In this document: positions 1 through 13,290 of the stretch, piece after piece
Position numbering within the stretch: the first letter of the stretch is position 1
How the letters are laid out: every line of letters begins with the position of its first letter
Origin: the human T2T-CHM13v2.0 reference genome, Homo sapiens
Assembly (NCBI RefSeq): GCF_009914755.1
Contig: NC_060939.1
DNA length: 64,000 nucleotides
Reading direction: 5' to 3' (one strand)
The notes under the pieces: model-generated
Told to the model about the DNA's origin: nothing
Database searches by the model: none
The model's input: the letters and a program-made list of their open reading frames with translations, nothing else
Translations under genes and position numbers: made by a program

Positions 1-1239
1 AGAAATACATTTAAGTATTTCAGTCTTCATCCTTTTCTACTTACTATTAACCACCCATTTTCAACAGTCCCCCAATTCCTCCTAATTGTGGAGAGAGTGG
101 TCCTATTTTTGGTATACAATCATGATAATATCAAGTTTGCCCTTTCACTTTCTTCTCCCTTTTCCCCCACACCTAATTCTTATATCTGCCTTTTCTTCCT
201 GATGGCCTTTGTGTTTCCTAATCTCTGTACAGACTTTGCTCTTCTATTCTCTTCTGTTAGGACTAGAAGATCTTCTCTTAATCTATAACATGTCGTCATC
301 GCATCATGGGTCCTGGGAAGTACATCTCAGGTCTCTGACAGCTTTGTAGAATAGAGTTGTGTTTTCTTATTTACTCTTTGGACCTTTCTTGAGGACAGAG
401 TAGTTTTCTGAAAGATTGGGAGACCGACAACTTGTTTCAAGACTGTGTCCTTGGACTGGGATAGGCCATTTTACAAATGGATACTGGATGAAAACAAACA
501 TCTACTGAGAAACACAAATTCAGTTCTATGAAGAAACTTTGGCTTTAATAATCAAAGAAATTTCTTATGTTTACCAAGTATCTTAAATCAGGATTTGATC
601 AGTAAAAATACATTATAAAATCATGGAAGAAATTAAAGTATCCATGATTTATTTGTAATCATGTGCCACAAAATATATACAAAGATTTTAGTTGACTTTA
701 TGTAACTGTAGTAAAGAAACTGGAATAAATACGTTTATTTATGGCAAAAATAGATTTAAAATTATGAACTAAATTAAGCCTACCAAGTATAAAAATTAGC
801 AATGACATGTGCAAAAGAGAAAATTGTTTTTGTTTTTTTCAATTTTGTTTTTAATGTCAGAGTTTAAGTCCACTTTTTTCCTTTGGAAACCTGTCCCTGA
901 AAAAACCAAATGCCTTCCTCTATTTGGAATCCATTTTTTATTATTGTGTTTGGTCAGATTTTAAGGATGCTGTAAAACTTTTTTTCACATACTGAAGATC
1001 GTTCAATTTAGTTTCTCATTTAATTTAATAAATGCCTTAAGTGAACTCATCTGGAGACCAAGATGGCATCCTGGTGGCCAATGTTGCATTTGTATAATGT
1101 GGTGAGATTTCATTTATATCTGTTACTTTGTTTGAATACTGCATCGTCACATTTATGCTTAATTAATCATCTCCTTGGTTACCTAAACTAATGCAGAATT
1201 TCACAAAGTAAAAAATCCAGACCACTAGGGTAAGGATCA

Positions 1240-1370
1240 CATGGGCTACTAGCTGGATTTGCAGATCTGAGCCCCATCCCAAATCTGTGGAGTCAGAAAA
1301 CCTGCAATTGACACAGAAGTCTGCAATATTAATAAACGATCCCTGTTATTGTGTCTTATGGTCACTAACA
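1240..1370. mobile_element. Degenerate MER5-like hAT-Charlie DNA transposon fragment
   Basis: gcagatctgagccccatcccaaatctgtggagtcagaa...tctgcaatattaataaac resembles the MER5 core. Confidence 0.45.
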
Positions 1371-1919
1371 ATGAAGGCACAGATCAATATGTGAAGGACA
1401 TGCTAAAAGTAGCTTGGGTTTTGTTTTAGAGGCAAAGGCAAGTGAATTTAATGATTTTAAAACATAGGACATTTTAAAATCTCTTTCAATGTAATCCCTG
1501 ATTATTGATTCAGATCATTTAGTGAAGTTCTTATTGTTATCATGAGTTTGAGAAATCATTGTAGGCTTTTGCTTACTCAAATTTGATAACAAGTTTACAG
1601 TGACGGTAGACTATAAGCATGAGGGAAAAGACTTGTATTTTGTTGACTAATGTATATTCAGGCATACATATTTGTTGAATGAATTAATAAATTAAAGTAA
1701 ATTTATACATGTAGTCAGTGTTTGTTCTGTCTATTCCCATGTTGATTTATTAATGAACTACAGTGTTTATTTGAGTAATATTTTCTCAATTTTTAAAATT
1801 ATTTATAATGAATTTTAGATGTTTTAGAAATTTCAATATTTCATTAAAACTAAATAGTATTAAGCAGAGTACTTTCAGATTTAGGTCCAGGTTTCTGTCT
1901 CTTTTTCTTTCTCTGTCTT

Positions 1920-4810
1920 TCTAACAGGTTTATTGAGGTATAATTGAATATAATAAAATTTCACATATTTAAATAGTCTAATTTGAATAGTTCTGGCATA
2001 TGTATTTAGCCACAAAATTATTGCTATTTTCAAAATAATGAAGATATCCATTACCCCAATAATTCATCCACTTTTGTAATTCATCCACTCCTCCACCATC
2101 CCCAGGCAATGCCCCTCATCTGCTTTCTAATACTATGAATTAGTTTGGAAATGTTATCATTATGTGTAAATGTAATCATAAATTCTCTCCATTCTTTTGT
2201 CTGGCTGCTTTTATTCATTACAACTATTTTGAGTTTCACCCATGTTATTTATTCATTACAACTATTTTGAGTTTCACCCATGTTATTGTATGTTTCTTTT
2301 TATTTTTGAGTAGTATTCCATTGTACGTATATACCACAATATGTTTATTCATTCATCTGTTAAAATTTGTACTTTTTCAAGATTAGGTTGCTATGAATAT
2401 TTGTTTACAAGTCTTTGTATAGACATACTCTTTTATTTCTATTGAGTTACGTGGTAAGTATGTACTTAATATTAAAACTGCCAAACTGCTTTCCAAAGTG
2501 GCTGTACCATGCCAACACTTGGTTTGATAAATCTTTTAGTTTTACCTATCCTAACAGGCATATATTATCTAACTATGATTTTAATTTGCACTTTCCTGAA
2601 TCCTAATGATACTGACCATATTTTTATCTGAATATTTGAAATTCATATATCTTCTTTGGTGAAATTTCTGTTCAAATCATTTTCCCATTTCCAAATTAGG
2701 ATGTTTATCTTATTATTGTTAAGTTGTAAAGGTCTATACTAGATAAAAGTCTGTCATCAGAAATAAATGTTGCAGTATATGCTTCTAGCTTGTAACTTTC
2801 TTTTCCATTATCTTACTAGTGCCTTCTGAAGAGCATAGTTATTGCGCATTTTTAAAAAAATTTTGATGGAATAGTCCAATTTATTGATCAGTTTCTTTTA
2901 TAGTTTAAGCTTTTAAAAAAATTCTATTTTAGAAATCTTTGCAATCTGCACAGTCAGCTTGCAACACAATTTTCTTCTAGACATCTTACATTTAAGTCTA
3001 TAATTCATTTCAAGCCAATTTTTGCTTGTTAACTGGTGTGATAATCAAGTTTAACTTTCTTTGGATCGTTTTCATATGGTTATCTATTTTTTTATCTCTA
3101 CTTGTTGAAAATTATTCTTTCCTCATTGAATTGCTTTGGCATCTTGGAGAAAACTCAATTGACTGTATATGTAAGAGGTTAATTCTGAAGTTCTTTGTAA
3201 TCTGTTCCACTGATCTATATAGCCGTAATTACACCAGTACTGCATGTCTTGGTCACTATCATTTTCTAACATATTTTGAAATATTATAGTAAAATTTACT
3301 CAACTTTGTTTATATTTTTGAAAATAGTTTGGCTCTTCTAGCTCCTTTGCAATTCCATTTAAATTTGTATCAGTTTGTCAATTTCTACAAGAAAAAGGTC
3401 TGCTGGACTTTTGATTGATATTGCATTAAATATATAAATCTATTGGGGAGGAAAGAAAACAGCAATATTGAATTTTATAATCCATTAACATGGCATGTAC
3501 ATGCATTAAGGTCTTATTTAATTTCTTATTTTGGTGAAAAGGTGTTACATATTCTTTGTTAATTGGTTTCTAAGTATTTTTATTACTATCTTAAATGGTA
3601 CTTTTAATTCTAATTTCTCATTCTTTGTTAATAGTACATAGATATACAAATATATATCTTCAGCCTTTCTAAATTTACTTTTTTGTAGGTTCCTCATGAT
3701 TATTTAAATAAATTATATTCTTGTCTAAAATAAATATGGTTTTACTTATTTCTTTCCAATTTAGATGTATTTTATTATTTTTCTTGCCTTATTGCTCTGG
3801 TTAAAATCTTCAGTACAATGTTGACTAAAATTAGTGAAGAGCAGACATTCTTGCCTTATTCCTAATCTCATAGGGAAAGCATAGAGATTTTTACCATTGA
3901 ATATCATGTTAACTAACTGTTTTTCATGGATAATGCTTTATCAAGTTGAGGAAGTTCTGTTCTGTTCTTATTATTCCGAAAGTTTTTATCATGAAAGGGT
4001 GTTGGATTTTGTCAAATATCTTTTCTGCTCATAATAGGGTAATCACATAATTTTGCTTTTCAACAATCAGTATGGTGAATTGAACTAAGGAATTTTTAAC
4101 TTTAAACCAACCTTGCATTCCTGGAACAATCTCCACATGGTCTTGATGTATAATCTTTCCTACATAATATTATATTTTATTGATAAAATTTTGTTAAGTA
4201 TTTTTGCCTTTGTGTTTATGAGGATATTGCTCTATGGTTTTATTTTCTTATAGTGCCTTTTTCTGTCTTTTATATCAATGTAATGATGGTTTTATAGAAA
4301 GAGTTAGACAGTATTTCCTCCAGTATAATTTGCCAAAAGAGTTTTTATAAAATTTGACATTTTCTTTTCTGAATTTTTGATAGAATTTACTGGAAAAATC
4401 ATCCGGGCTTAGAGTTTTATTGTAGGAGGTTTTTAAACTAAAAATGTTATTTCTTCATTAGATATAGGGCTATTTAGTTTACCTATTTGTTCAAATAGGT
4501 AACCTAAATTTAGGTTTTTGTAGTTTGTATCTTCAAGAAAATTTTCCATTTAATCTAAGTGGTGAAATTTTCCATCATGTAGTTGTTTATGCCAGTCTGT
4601 TATTATTTTTTTATGTCTATTAAATCTGAACTGATTTTTCCTCTCTCATCCTTAATATTGATATTTTGTGTCTTCTCTCTTTTGTTCTGTCCAACTGTCT
4701 GAACGTTTATAAATTTTACTGGTCTTAAGAAACAGCTTTTGATTTTATTCAATGTTTTGTTTTTTGTTTTAAATTAATTTTTTTCTCATTCCTTTACTAT
4801 TGTCTTTCTT
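1920..4810 (-). mobile_element. Old L1M (L1MC/L1MD-like) 3' UTR and ORF2 fragment
   Basis: Begins tttattgaggtataattg (L1M 3' end, antisense). Degraded antisense ORF2 motifs such as cagtacaatgttga and ccaaccttgcattcctgg. Confidence 0.8.
2210..2287 (+). repeat. Perfect 38-bp tandem duplication
   Basis: tttattcattacaactattttgagtttcacccatgtta x2, no mismatches. Confidence 0.97.
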
Positions 4811-4814
4811 CTGT

Positions 4815-5150
4815 TAGTGAAGATAAATCTTAAATGGTTATAGCAGTAATCCAGTGAGAAGATATGAAAGCCTTGTATAAGATGATGGAGAGTTAAGGTT
4901 AGATTTGTGAAATAAATCAAAAGATCTTTATGACTAAATGCACTGAGTGGAGTGTTAAGGAAGAAAGTAGAGACCATGGAAATGTCATATTTATAGGGGC
5001 ATCATTATTGGAGATAAGAAATACAGGAGGAAGTATCCATTTAAAGAAGTTCACAGTGACTTATATTTTGATATACAGATATTTGGTTACCTGTGGGTCT
5101 TCCAAGCATTATATGCAACAGACAATTGTATACATAGATAAGAAAGTCCT
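4815..5150 (-). mobile_element. L2 fragment
   Basis: gcagtaatccagtgagaagatatgaaagccttg...ggagataagaaatacaggagga; degenerate antisense L2 pattern. Confidence 0.5.
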
Positions 5151-5759
5151 TTAGGTTGATATCGATTAAATACATAATGTAGAGAAGTTTTGCTATATGT
5201 GCCTAAAAGTAAGAAATCTTAATTATTTCTAAATATTCATAAAATTTTACTCATTTTACTTAAACTGTCATGACTTCATATTACTTTGTTTTTGTTATGC
5301 AGACCAAAACATAAGCAGAAATATCTTTCATCCATTCTGTTATCTCATTTGTTCGCATGCATTGTACTATAACATGTAATTTCTTTTAGTTTTCTCCAAA
5401 AATATACATACAGTGAAGTCTCAACTCATTTTCTCTCTGCATTAAGTGTAGATAGCAGAAAGTATCTCAATGTATTGAGTAGAAAATGGACCAGTTTTAA
5501 AAGTTGTCTTTTCCATTTGCAAGGATAAAATCTGCCTATTTTTCCCCTCTCGGGGTTATGTGATGAGCCAGAACATTAGTTTCAAATTGCATGTTTTTAA
5601 AGATAGGATGTTTTATTTGCTGAAGTGAGGAAGTTTAGGTTTAAGCGACTTTGATCAGGGATTTGTCCTTTGTTCTTTCTGTTTTGGAAATAATGTTCAG
5701 AGTATTAAAGTTCTTGATTTGTTTGCTTACACTATGGCTTCCCTAAATTACTTTTATAT

Positions 5760-6990
5760 TTAAGAAATTGTTATGAAAGTGTTTATCCTACTATAAAGTA
5801 CAGAGACTATGCAGTAGAGTCCTGTATATCCATTATTCAAATTCAACAATTATCAAAATTTTGTGATGTTTTCTTCATCTATATTCTTGAGTTTTCACCT
5901 TCTTTTTCTTTTGGCTGAGTTATCTTAAACAAACTTGAGACATTCTATCATTTCATCCCTTCTTAGTTTAGTATTTATCTCTAAAAATTATGGCTTTCTT
6001 TTGTACATCACAACTAATAACATTAACGGTAAGGCCCTGGTATTGTGTAATCCCTATTCCATAATCAAATGCTCCTGATTTTCTTTAAAGAAGATTTTTT
6101 TTACATTGGTTTGTTTCAGTCAGGATCCAAATAAGGTGTTAGCATTGCATATGGTTATTATGTGTTACAGGTCTCTTTCATACTAGTTAAGTCCCCCCTC
6201 CCTTTTATTTTATTTATACCGTTGACTTCTGCAAGAAGCTATGTTCATTATCCTTTAGAATATGCCACTTTCTGGGTTATTCCATTTGCTTCCTTGTGGT
6301 GCTATTTAACTTGTTCCTTCATAGTCATTACTCTCCATAGCTGAACATTTCAGATTCATTTTTTTAAGAACACTTCATAAGTGACTGTGTGTATTTCATA
6401 CTATGTCACATCAGGTAGGACATTATCTGGTTATTCCCTTGTAGTGATGTTAACCTTGATTAGTGCTGACAGTCTTATTTCTTCATTGAAAATTTCTTCA
6501 TCAACCTTTCCTATAATGGTTTCATTTATTTATGATCACTTCAGAATTCGCTATTTTATTAGGGATGACAAAACGGTGGGTTTTTATATTTTTTTATTAT
6601 ACTTTAAGTTCTAGGGTACATGTGCACAACGTGCAGGTTTTTTACATATGTATACATGTGCCATGTTGGTGTGCTGCACCCATTAACTCATCATTTACAT
6701 TCGGTATGTCTCCTAATGTTAAGAAAATGTGGCACATATACAGCATGGAATACTATGCAGCCATAAAAAGTGATGAGTTCATGTCCTTTGTAGGGACATG
6801 GATGAAGCTGGAAACCATCATTCTCAGCAAAATGGTGGTTTTATAAGGTTACCATTTCTTCAACATTTATTCATTAGAATTTTTTGTAAAGAAGAACTTT
6901 CTTTCATTAATTAGGTTTACTTACTTGGTTACCCATATGTGTAATAAATATAGGAAAGATAAGGTAAATATTTAATTATTTCTTTTAACC
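5760..6990 (-). mobile_element. Old L1MC4/5-like 3' fragment hosting the small inverted L1PA
   Basis: tttgtttcagtcaggatccaaataagg and gcattgcatatggttattatgtgt resemble the L1MC 3' UTR. Confidence 0.55.
6585..6831 (-). mobile_element. Short 5'-inverted (twin-primed) L1PA4/5-like insertion with ~15-bp TSD
   Basis: 6585-6718 is an antisense L1PA 3' end; 6719-6831 is a sense L1 segment. TSD caaaacggtgggtttt (6569-6584) / caaaatggtggtttt (6828-6842). Confidence 0.93.
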
Positions 6991-7189
6991 TAAAGTATTT
7001 TATCTCATTCTTTTCTTTTCTGCTCTATTGAACTTTTATCATCTTTCATTAACAGTTTCATTTCAATTTAATAAATATGTATTGAACCCTTAATAAATAT
7101 ATGCCAGTCACCGTGCAAGGCTAGAGTCACAAATATTTAATTTGTAAAAGAGATATATACGAAATTAATCAGGAGTCTGAAAGTGGTTA

Positions 7190-7830
7190 ACTACTGTGCC
7201 TGCCACAGTCACAAGTCATTCTGTGATTAAACTCCTCCTACACACCCTTGTTGACGCAGCCTTATGAGAAAAATTTTGCACAATAAGAGAAACTAGGTTC
7301 ACTCTCTGGAACTGTACCAAGAAATACTAAGAGTGAATCGGCTGACAGGGAGAATAGACACTGAAAGTTTATGAATTTGAAGATACCTGTAGCAGGTGAT
7401 CAACAATTAAGTCAGAATGAAGTATAAACAGGAACGAAGATCGCGTCGAGAGAGAAGAAGGTAGTTGACAGTGAGTGGAGGGAAAGGATACTTGGAAGGA
7501 AAAGCAGATACAAGAATAGCAGAGTCACGTACTGGAGGACTTTGTGCCTGATGATCCCCATCTGTGGTCGTTCAACGCACTCTTCAGCGCTGCCTTAAAT
7601 CCGGAAGGAGCATCTTGTCTGTCTTGTCTGAGGGTCCCTGAAGCCTGACTCCAGGGGCTGTTTGACTCCAGTAGACAGAGTTCAGCTTTTCTTGGGTTCC
7701 AGTACAATGTGGTAATGGAGTTTAGTCTTGTTTCTCCATTACCCAAAGTATCCTTACAAAAATTACTTTTTAATTATTTGTAGTTACTTGAGCCTCTGAT
7801 TTTTGGAACCAAAGTAGCATAACTAACCCA
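7190..7830 (+). mobile_element. Probable old ERVL-class solo LTR (LTR16/33/67-like)
   Basis: 3' end agttacttgagcctctgatttttggaaccaaagtagcataactaa resembles ERVL LTR termini; purine-rich body. Left boundary uncertain. Confidence 0.4.
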
Positions 7831-8429
7831 ATATAATATTATATGAAATGACACATGTATTTCAATATAGTTGCAGTTTGTTTGCTGTTGAAATGTAAAA
7901 AAAAAAAAAAAAATGCTTTAATTTGAATTCTTAGGATCTAGGTGAACGGTTCATTTCCTACAAGCAATCAGTTTTGCAGACCTGCAGTTCATAGTGGGCA
8001 GAATAGGTAGCGAAAAAACCCACAGATCTGTTGTAAAAATCTACCTAACACTAAAGATATAAAGTAAAATTTCAAAAGTAATTTAAAAACTGTTACTCAT
8101 ATATATCATAGCCATTTTGAATTTTAAAACAGATCAAGTGTGTTACTCTGCAGTTTTCTAAAATATTACATTATATGGAAAGAATTCAAATACTTTTCTA
8201 AGTGCATAAGGGTACTGCCAAAGAATGCTTACCAATAATTATACTAATTTAAACACCTCTGAAGATTTCAATTTTCTACCTCCCTGACCACATATCACAG
8301 AGGTGAAAAAGAGTTGATCTTGAATTTTTCAAGGTTTGTCATGCTTGCTGAAAGATTTTAACACAACTAGATATTTATATGTTATAAATATCATAATCAT
8401 TATATAGGGAACCATGGGGAATTAGCTGG

Positions 8430-8610
8430 AGACAGGCACTATTCTAAGCATTTTTACAGTTTAATGTTTAATCCTAAATTTATTCTAATGATATCAGTAC
8501 CATTATCATCCCCAAACTGCAGATGATGAAACTTAAGCATAGAGAGGACTAACTTACGCAAAATGACTTATCTAGTAATAGGCAGAATCAAAATGTAAGC
8601 AGCCCTTTGA
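8430..8610 (-). mobile_element. MIR
   Basis: caggcactattctaagca...attatcatccccaaactgcagatgatgaaacttaagcatagagagg. Confidence 0.75.
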
Positions 8611-9098
8611 AATAACAAAAGGGTTAATGTTAACAAAAGGATCCCATAAATAAGATGGTGAGCATTAATCCTTCCAAATATTTCTGATATTTTAATGATT
8701 AATCTGGATCTGATTGCAACATCTTTTAGGCTTTCTATGTTTTAGAAATTAGGAGGCAAAACTTAATTCATGAGACCATATCAGGATTTGTAGAGATAAT
8801 GCACAGAAAGCACCTGGCCTAATGCCTGCATTGAGTAGGTGCTCCACAATGGTAATCTCCATCTCTGCTCTACTGCCTTAAGCTCCCTGCCCTGCAATAT
8901 GAACATGAGGACTTGCTTGTACCAGGTCTTGCAGTTCGAGAAACAGTTATCTAAACTCAGTAAATTCTGTTGACTATTTACCCCATGCACATCACACACG
9001 TTATTTAGGCTGTCCCTGGCCATCTCCAACTCCTTTGTCATACTGCCAGGAGGTATTTTCATTGTCTTATGCAATGCTGATTTCAAGAGTTAACTTAG

Positions 9099-9256
9099 AG
9101 CTGGGCTCATGCTGGTATGCCTAGCTACTTGGGAGGATGAGGCGGGTGGGTCTCTTGATCCTAGGAGTTCAAGGCTGAAGTGAGCTATGATCAGACCACT
9201 GCACTTCAGCCTGGGTGACAGAGCAAGATCCTGTCTCTGACATAAATAAATAAAAA
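9099..9256 (+). mobile_element. Alu monomer (FRAM/FAM- or AluJ-like)
   Basis: ctagctacttgggagg...gagttcaaggctgaagtgagctatgat...cactgcacttcagcctggg, A-rich tail. Confidence 0.85.
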
Positions 9257-9271
9257 CTTTTAAAAAGTGGA

Positions 9272-9570
9272 AGCCAGGAGCAGTGGTTCACGCATGTAAT
9301 CCCAGCACTTTGGGAACCCGAGGCAGGAGGATTTCTTGAGGCCAGGAGTTTGAGATCAGTACATAGTGAGACCCCGTCTCTACAAAAAAATACAAAAATT
9401 AGCCAGGCATTTTGCCACATGCCAGTAGTCCCAGCTATTAGGGAGGCTGAGGCGGAAGGATCTGCTTGAACCCAGGAGGCAGAGGCTGCAGTGAGCCAAG
9501 GCAACACTCTGAGCAATAGACTGAGCAACAGAGTGAGAACCTGTCTCAAAAAAAAAAAAAAAAAAAAAAA
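9272..9570 (+). mobile_element. Alu (AluJ-like)
   Basis: Dimeric Alu with cttgaggccaggagtttgag and a poly-A tail. Confidence 0.92.
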
Positions 9571-10904
9571 GGCTTACATAGATCCATTCACAGTTTTGTT
9601 TTTCATGTTAAAATTAAGTATATACTTAAATATCTGAGTTCATTAAAATAATGCCTTGAAACAGAAAGCAAAAAGATAAAAAGGGTGATTGGCTTCAAAT
9701 GGCACTTATGATCAACTTGCTTTATGGTACAAGAGAACCTAAGTACAAAAGGAAAAATTTCTACCACAGCATTAATTCGTAAGGATGGCTTGTAATTTAC
9801 TAGTAGAGTCCTGATTAATAAAATTTATGCTTAGTTGTTCACTACATTCATGATAATAGCAGTTAATTGCACTAAATACATGTCAAGCATCTTAAGTGCA
9901 GAGCATACTAACAAAGGCTTAATAAGTTTTATAATGTAAAAAGGGCACAACAAACTGTCTCTTAAGTTCTAGCTATGACAAAGAAATTTCAGATGCATAC
10001 ACGACAGGCAGTTACAGAGAACCATTGCTTACTTATTTGTAATAATTAACCTACTTTTCTTCAAAGACAAACTTTGCATATCAAAATAATACTTCTCATT
10101 TAATGGATTCTAATTTTATCCATTGTGACTGATGAATCAGTATTATCAAATTTGGCAGTGGCAGATTATGTTTTCCTCATTTCACTAAGAAATTTGCAAG
10201 ATAATAAATTGGATTATTAAATTGTTGTGTCTCATAAGATTCAAGATTTAAAACATTTGTGCTTTGTTAATTAATTGCTGCAAATTAAAAACAGGAGACA
10301 GTCACATAATGGTGGAATGGATCAGTTATTTCATTAAACCTCCTCTTTATGATGGTAGATTAAGTTAAGCTATGACTGCATTGAAAATGAAGAAGAGGTA
10401 GAGCTCTACCTTAGAGAATTTAATTTGTGCACAAGAAAACCTCATGAATTCAGATTAGTGTGAGAAGGGTTAATTTAAATATATATGGTACATAGGAATA
10501 TTTAATGTACCATATTTATGTGTACTTCTTTTAACTTCTAAGTATGTATGACAATTTCTACAAAGTTACAAAATGGTTGTGGAAAGGTAAACCTCTTTCA
10601 GTTTTGCTTCTATCACAGTTAGGAATTTATTTGTAGTTAATGTATGAATTGTTAGTGTATAGCTCAGTACTTCTGAAGTTCATAAAACCATTCAGTGCTG
10701 TGAGTACATAAACATTTTCCTTTGCAATCAAGTTTATTGCTATTAACTTTATTAACAAATTTTCTCCTACAGACTAAATACCTAGTAAGTACAAATATAA
10801 ATTTTCATTCACTTTATGTGATTATTTTTATGTTAGAAATCAATGGAATCTAAATAATATTTTCCTGTCTGTCTCATTTATACTTAGAATTTCATCATTA
10901 TCAG

Positions 10905-11150
10905 CAGGAAACATTTATTGAGTACTCACTATGTGCCAGTGACTATGCAAAATATTTACATGTAAAATCTCATTTAATCCTCACAGCAGCCCTAGAAACA
11001 GTCCCAAGTTACACAATTAATATCATCCCCATTTGACAAGTGAGAAAATGGAGTTTTGAAGAGATTACTCACTGCTCCACTGGGTAAATTTGCTAAGCAG
11101 CAGAGGAGAAATGAAATTGCTGTCTTTTGGAATGCATTGCTATTTAACTT
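10905..11150 (-). mobile_element. MIR
   Basis: acatttattgagtactcactatgtgccag...ctcatttaatcctcacagcagccc...tcatccccattt...gagaaaatggag. Confidence 0.8.
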
Positions 11151-11822
11151 CTATATTATACTGCTATGTATTATGCAGAAGAAATGGACAAAAATGTGTT
11201 AAATTTTGGAAAATAAGCCTCTAGCAAATATGCAGATGGTATAGACTCCTTAGGTAGCCCCCACCAAAAGGCAGAAGTATTCAATTGTGGAATGTCAGAA
11301 AAACAAACTCTGCCTTTTAAATAATGATTTGATACTGGGACTACAGCATAGAAAAAGCGAATAAAAAATTTAGTGTCAAAGTGAGATTACATATTTACAA
11401 GTCTACAAAGGCAAGTTAGACATGGTGAAAAAACACTATTATGGAAATATTATTTTGTGGCCCCTTAAAAATTAGAAACGTAAAATGTAGCCATTAGTTA
11501 CCCAGAAATTGATAAAATCTATGTTGTCTGAAAAATGGAGTGTTTCTCCTTTCATTTCCAGTACCGGCTTTCCTCTTTCACTTACTGTATTTTACTCATA
11601 ATTGTTCATTTTTTCTCCCCTATTTCCACAAGGCAGAAAATAATAAAGAATTGTTTGGGAAACTGTTAGCTTTGCAAATGTTACTAAGTTATATTCTGGC
11701 TGCTAAAATGGTTTGAATAGTATGGAGAGAAAAAATTATATACATATGTAGGTATTGAGAAGACTGTGTAAATGTAATTAATACTGTTAGTTTACAGTAA
11801 AGAGATGCTATGTTGAGAGAAG

Positions 11823-12365
11823 TGTGGGGGGGGAAAGAATATCTTATCCTTCTATCCTCTGAGTCCTCAGCTGTAGTCACTATAACAAGATCCATTAACA
11901 AGAGAAGAGCATACAAATTTATTTAACATAAGCTTTATATGACACGGGAGACTTCAAAGGAAATAAAGACCTGAATAAATGATTAAATTTGAGTATATTT
12001 TGTGCTAGGTTCGACGAAAAGTGGAGAATTGCGGGGACGTGTATAGAAGCCCCCAGAAAAGTATAAATACAGTAAACTTGGAAAAGCAGCAAGGCCTGCT
12101 CATTCACATTCCTTTTGACATCCCTGTCTTCAACGATAAGGATGCTTCTTTCTTTCCTTTTGATATAGGAGCAGCACCTCTCACATAAGGATCTTATTTC
12201 CTGCTTCAGAGAAAGATCAGAAAATCCTTTCTAGGTTTTACGTCTTGCTGCAGGGGAAAATCATAAAGTCCTAACTGCATGTGCCATTTCTCAGATTCCT
12301 TCCACTTGAAATATGCAATTTGCCAAGGTGCCATATTTTGGGGTAGCATGTCCTAAATCCTGTCA
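11823..12365 (-). mobile_element. ERV1-class solo LTR (MER4-group, MER34/MER72-like)
   Basis: TG...CA termini; gccaaggtgccatattttggggtagcatgtcctaaatcctgtca end; imperfect 4-bp TSD gaag/ggag. Confidence 0.7.
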
Positions 12366-12659
12366 GGAGAAATGTTTTATAATGCTAGACAAAATTGTTT
12401 AAAGAGAAAAAATGTTATTCCCCTTATTTTCATCAGTTTGGAACTACAAAGCAAACATCAATAACATTGTGCCAGTTCAGTTAAACCTTGTGTCACGAGT
12501 ACAATTATGGAATTTCCACAGTATAAAAGCACCAATCCTGTCACTAATTCTTAATATTAAGTGAGCTCAGACCCATTTATAGTCACTATGCACTTCTCTT
12601 TGCCCTTATCATTCACAACTATTTAATCATTGCTAATTCTGCCTTGAATACAACAGAAC

Positions 12660-13290
12660 ACTTAAAGGGAGGTGATACTTGAGCTGTGCTTTCCAGGGAG
12701 AGAGAGAGGTTATTATCTCATAGAAATTAAGAAGAAGAGAGAACAGGAAGGTGGAAAATGATCAGAAGATATATAGAATGTCAGGCGTGTCAAGAAATAA
12801 TAAATAATAGGGGTAGCTAGATTATTCATAGTAAGGGTTGGGGAATGAAGGTGAAAGAAATGAAAGTTGGGGCCAGATGGTCAGAGCAGGATAGTCATAT
12901 TAATGAATTGAAACTATTATATGCTAATAAATGTGTGACAAGCAATTTATGGTTTTAAAGCAGTAGTTAGAAATATGATGGCCTGTGTTTTTAAAAGGTA
13001 AATTTGGTGATAATATAGAAGATGTATCAGAAGAGGGAAAATAGAGGCAAAGGCATAAACTAATTGATTAGTGCAATTATTAAGGCAAATGAAGGTAACG
13101 ACTTGAATTAGGAACAGGGAAGAGAGAGGCAAATTCCATAGGTAGACCAAAGAAAAAATTCCCAGGAGGGTGGAAAGGAGGGGACACTGTGGATCGTGGC
13201 AGAGGTGGATGACTCTGGTAGCTATCTAAATTCATTAGCTAAATAGTATTGCCATTAATTTAACTATGAAATACGTAAGAAAGAGTAAGA
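12660..13290 (-). mobile_element. L2 fragment
   Basis: ggaggtgatacttgagctg...gttggggccagatgg...tgtgtttttaaaagg. Confidence 0.55.

Noticed and set aside
8370-8392. 10-bp stem GATATTTATA-tgt-TATAAATATC
   Set aside because: Almost pure A/T; plausible by chance in this composition
9700-10500. Apparently repeat-free stretch rich in TAAT/TAATTA motifs as a homeodomain enhancer
   Set aside because: Such motifs are expected in AT-rich DNA and conservation cannot be assessed from this sequence
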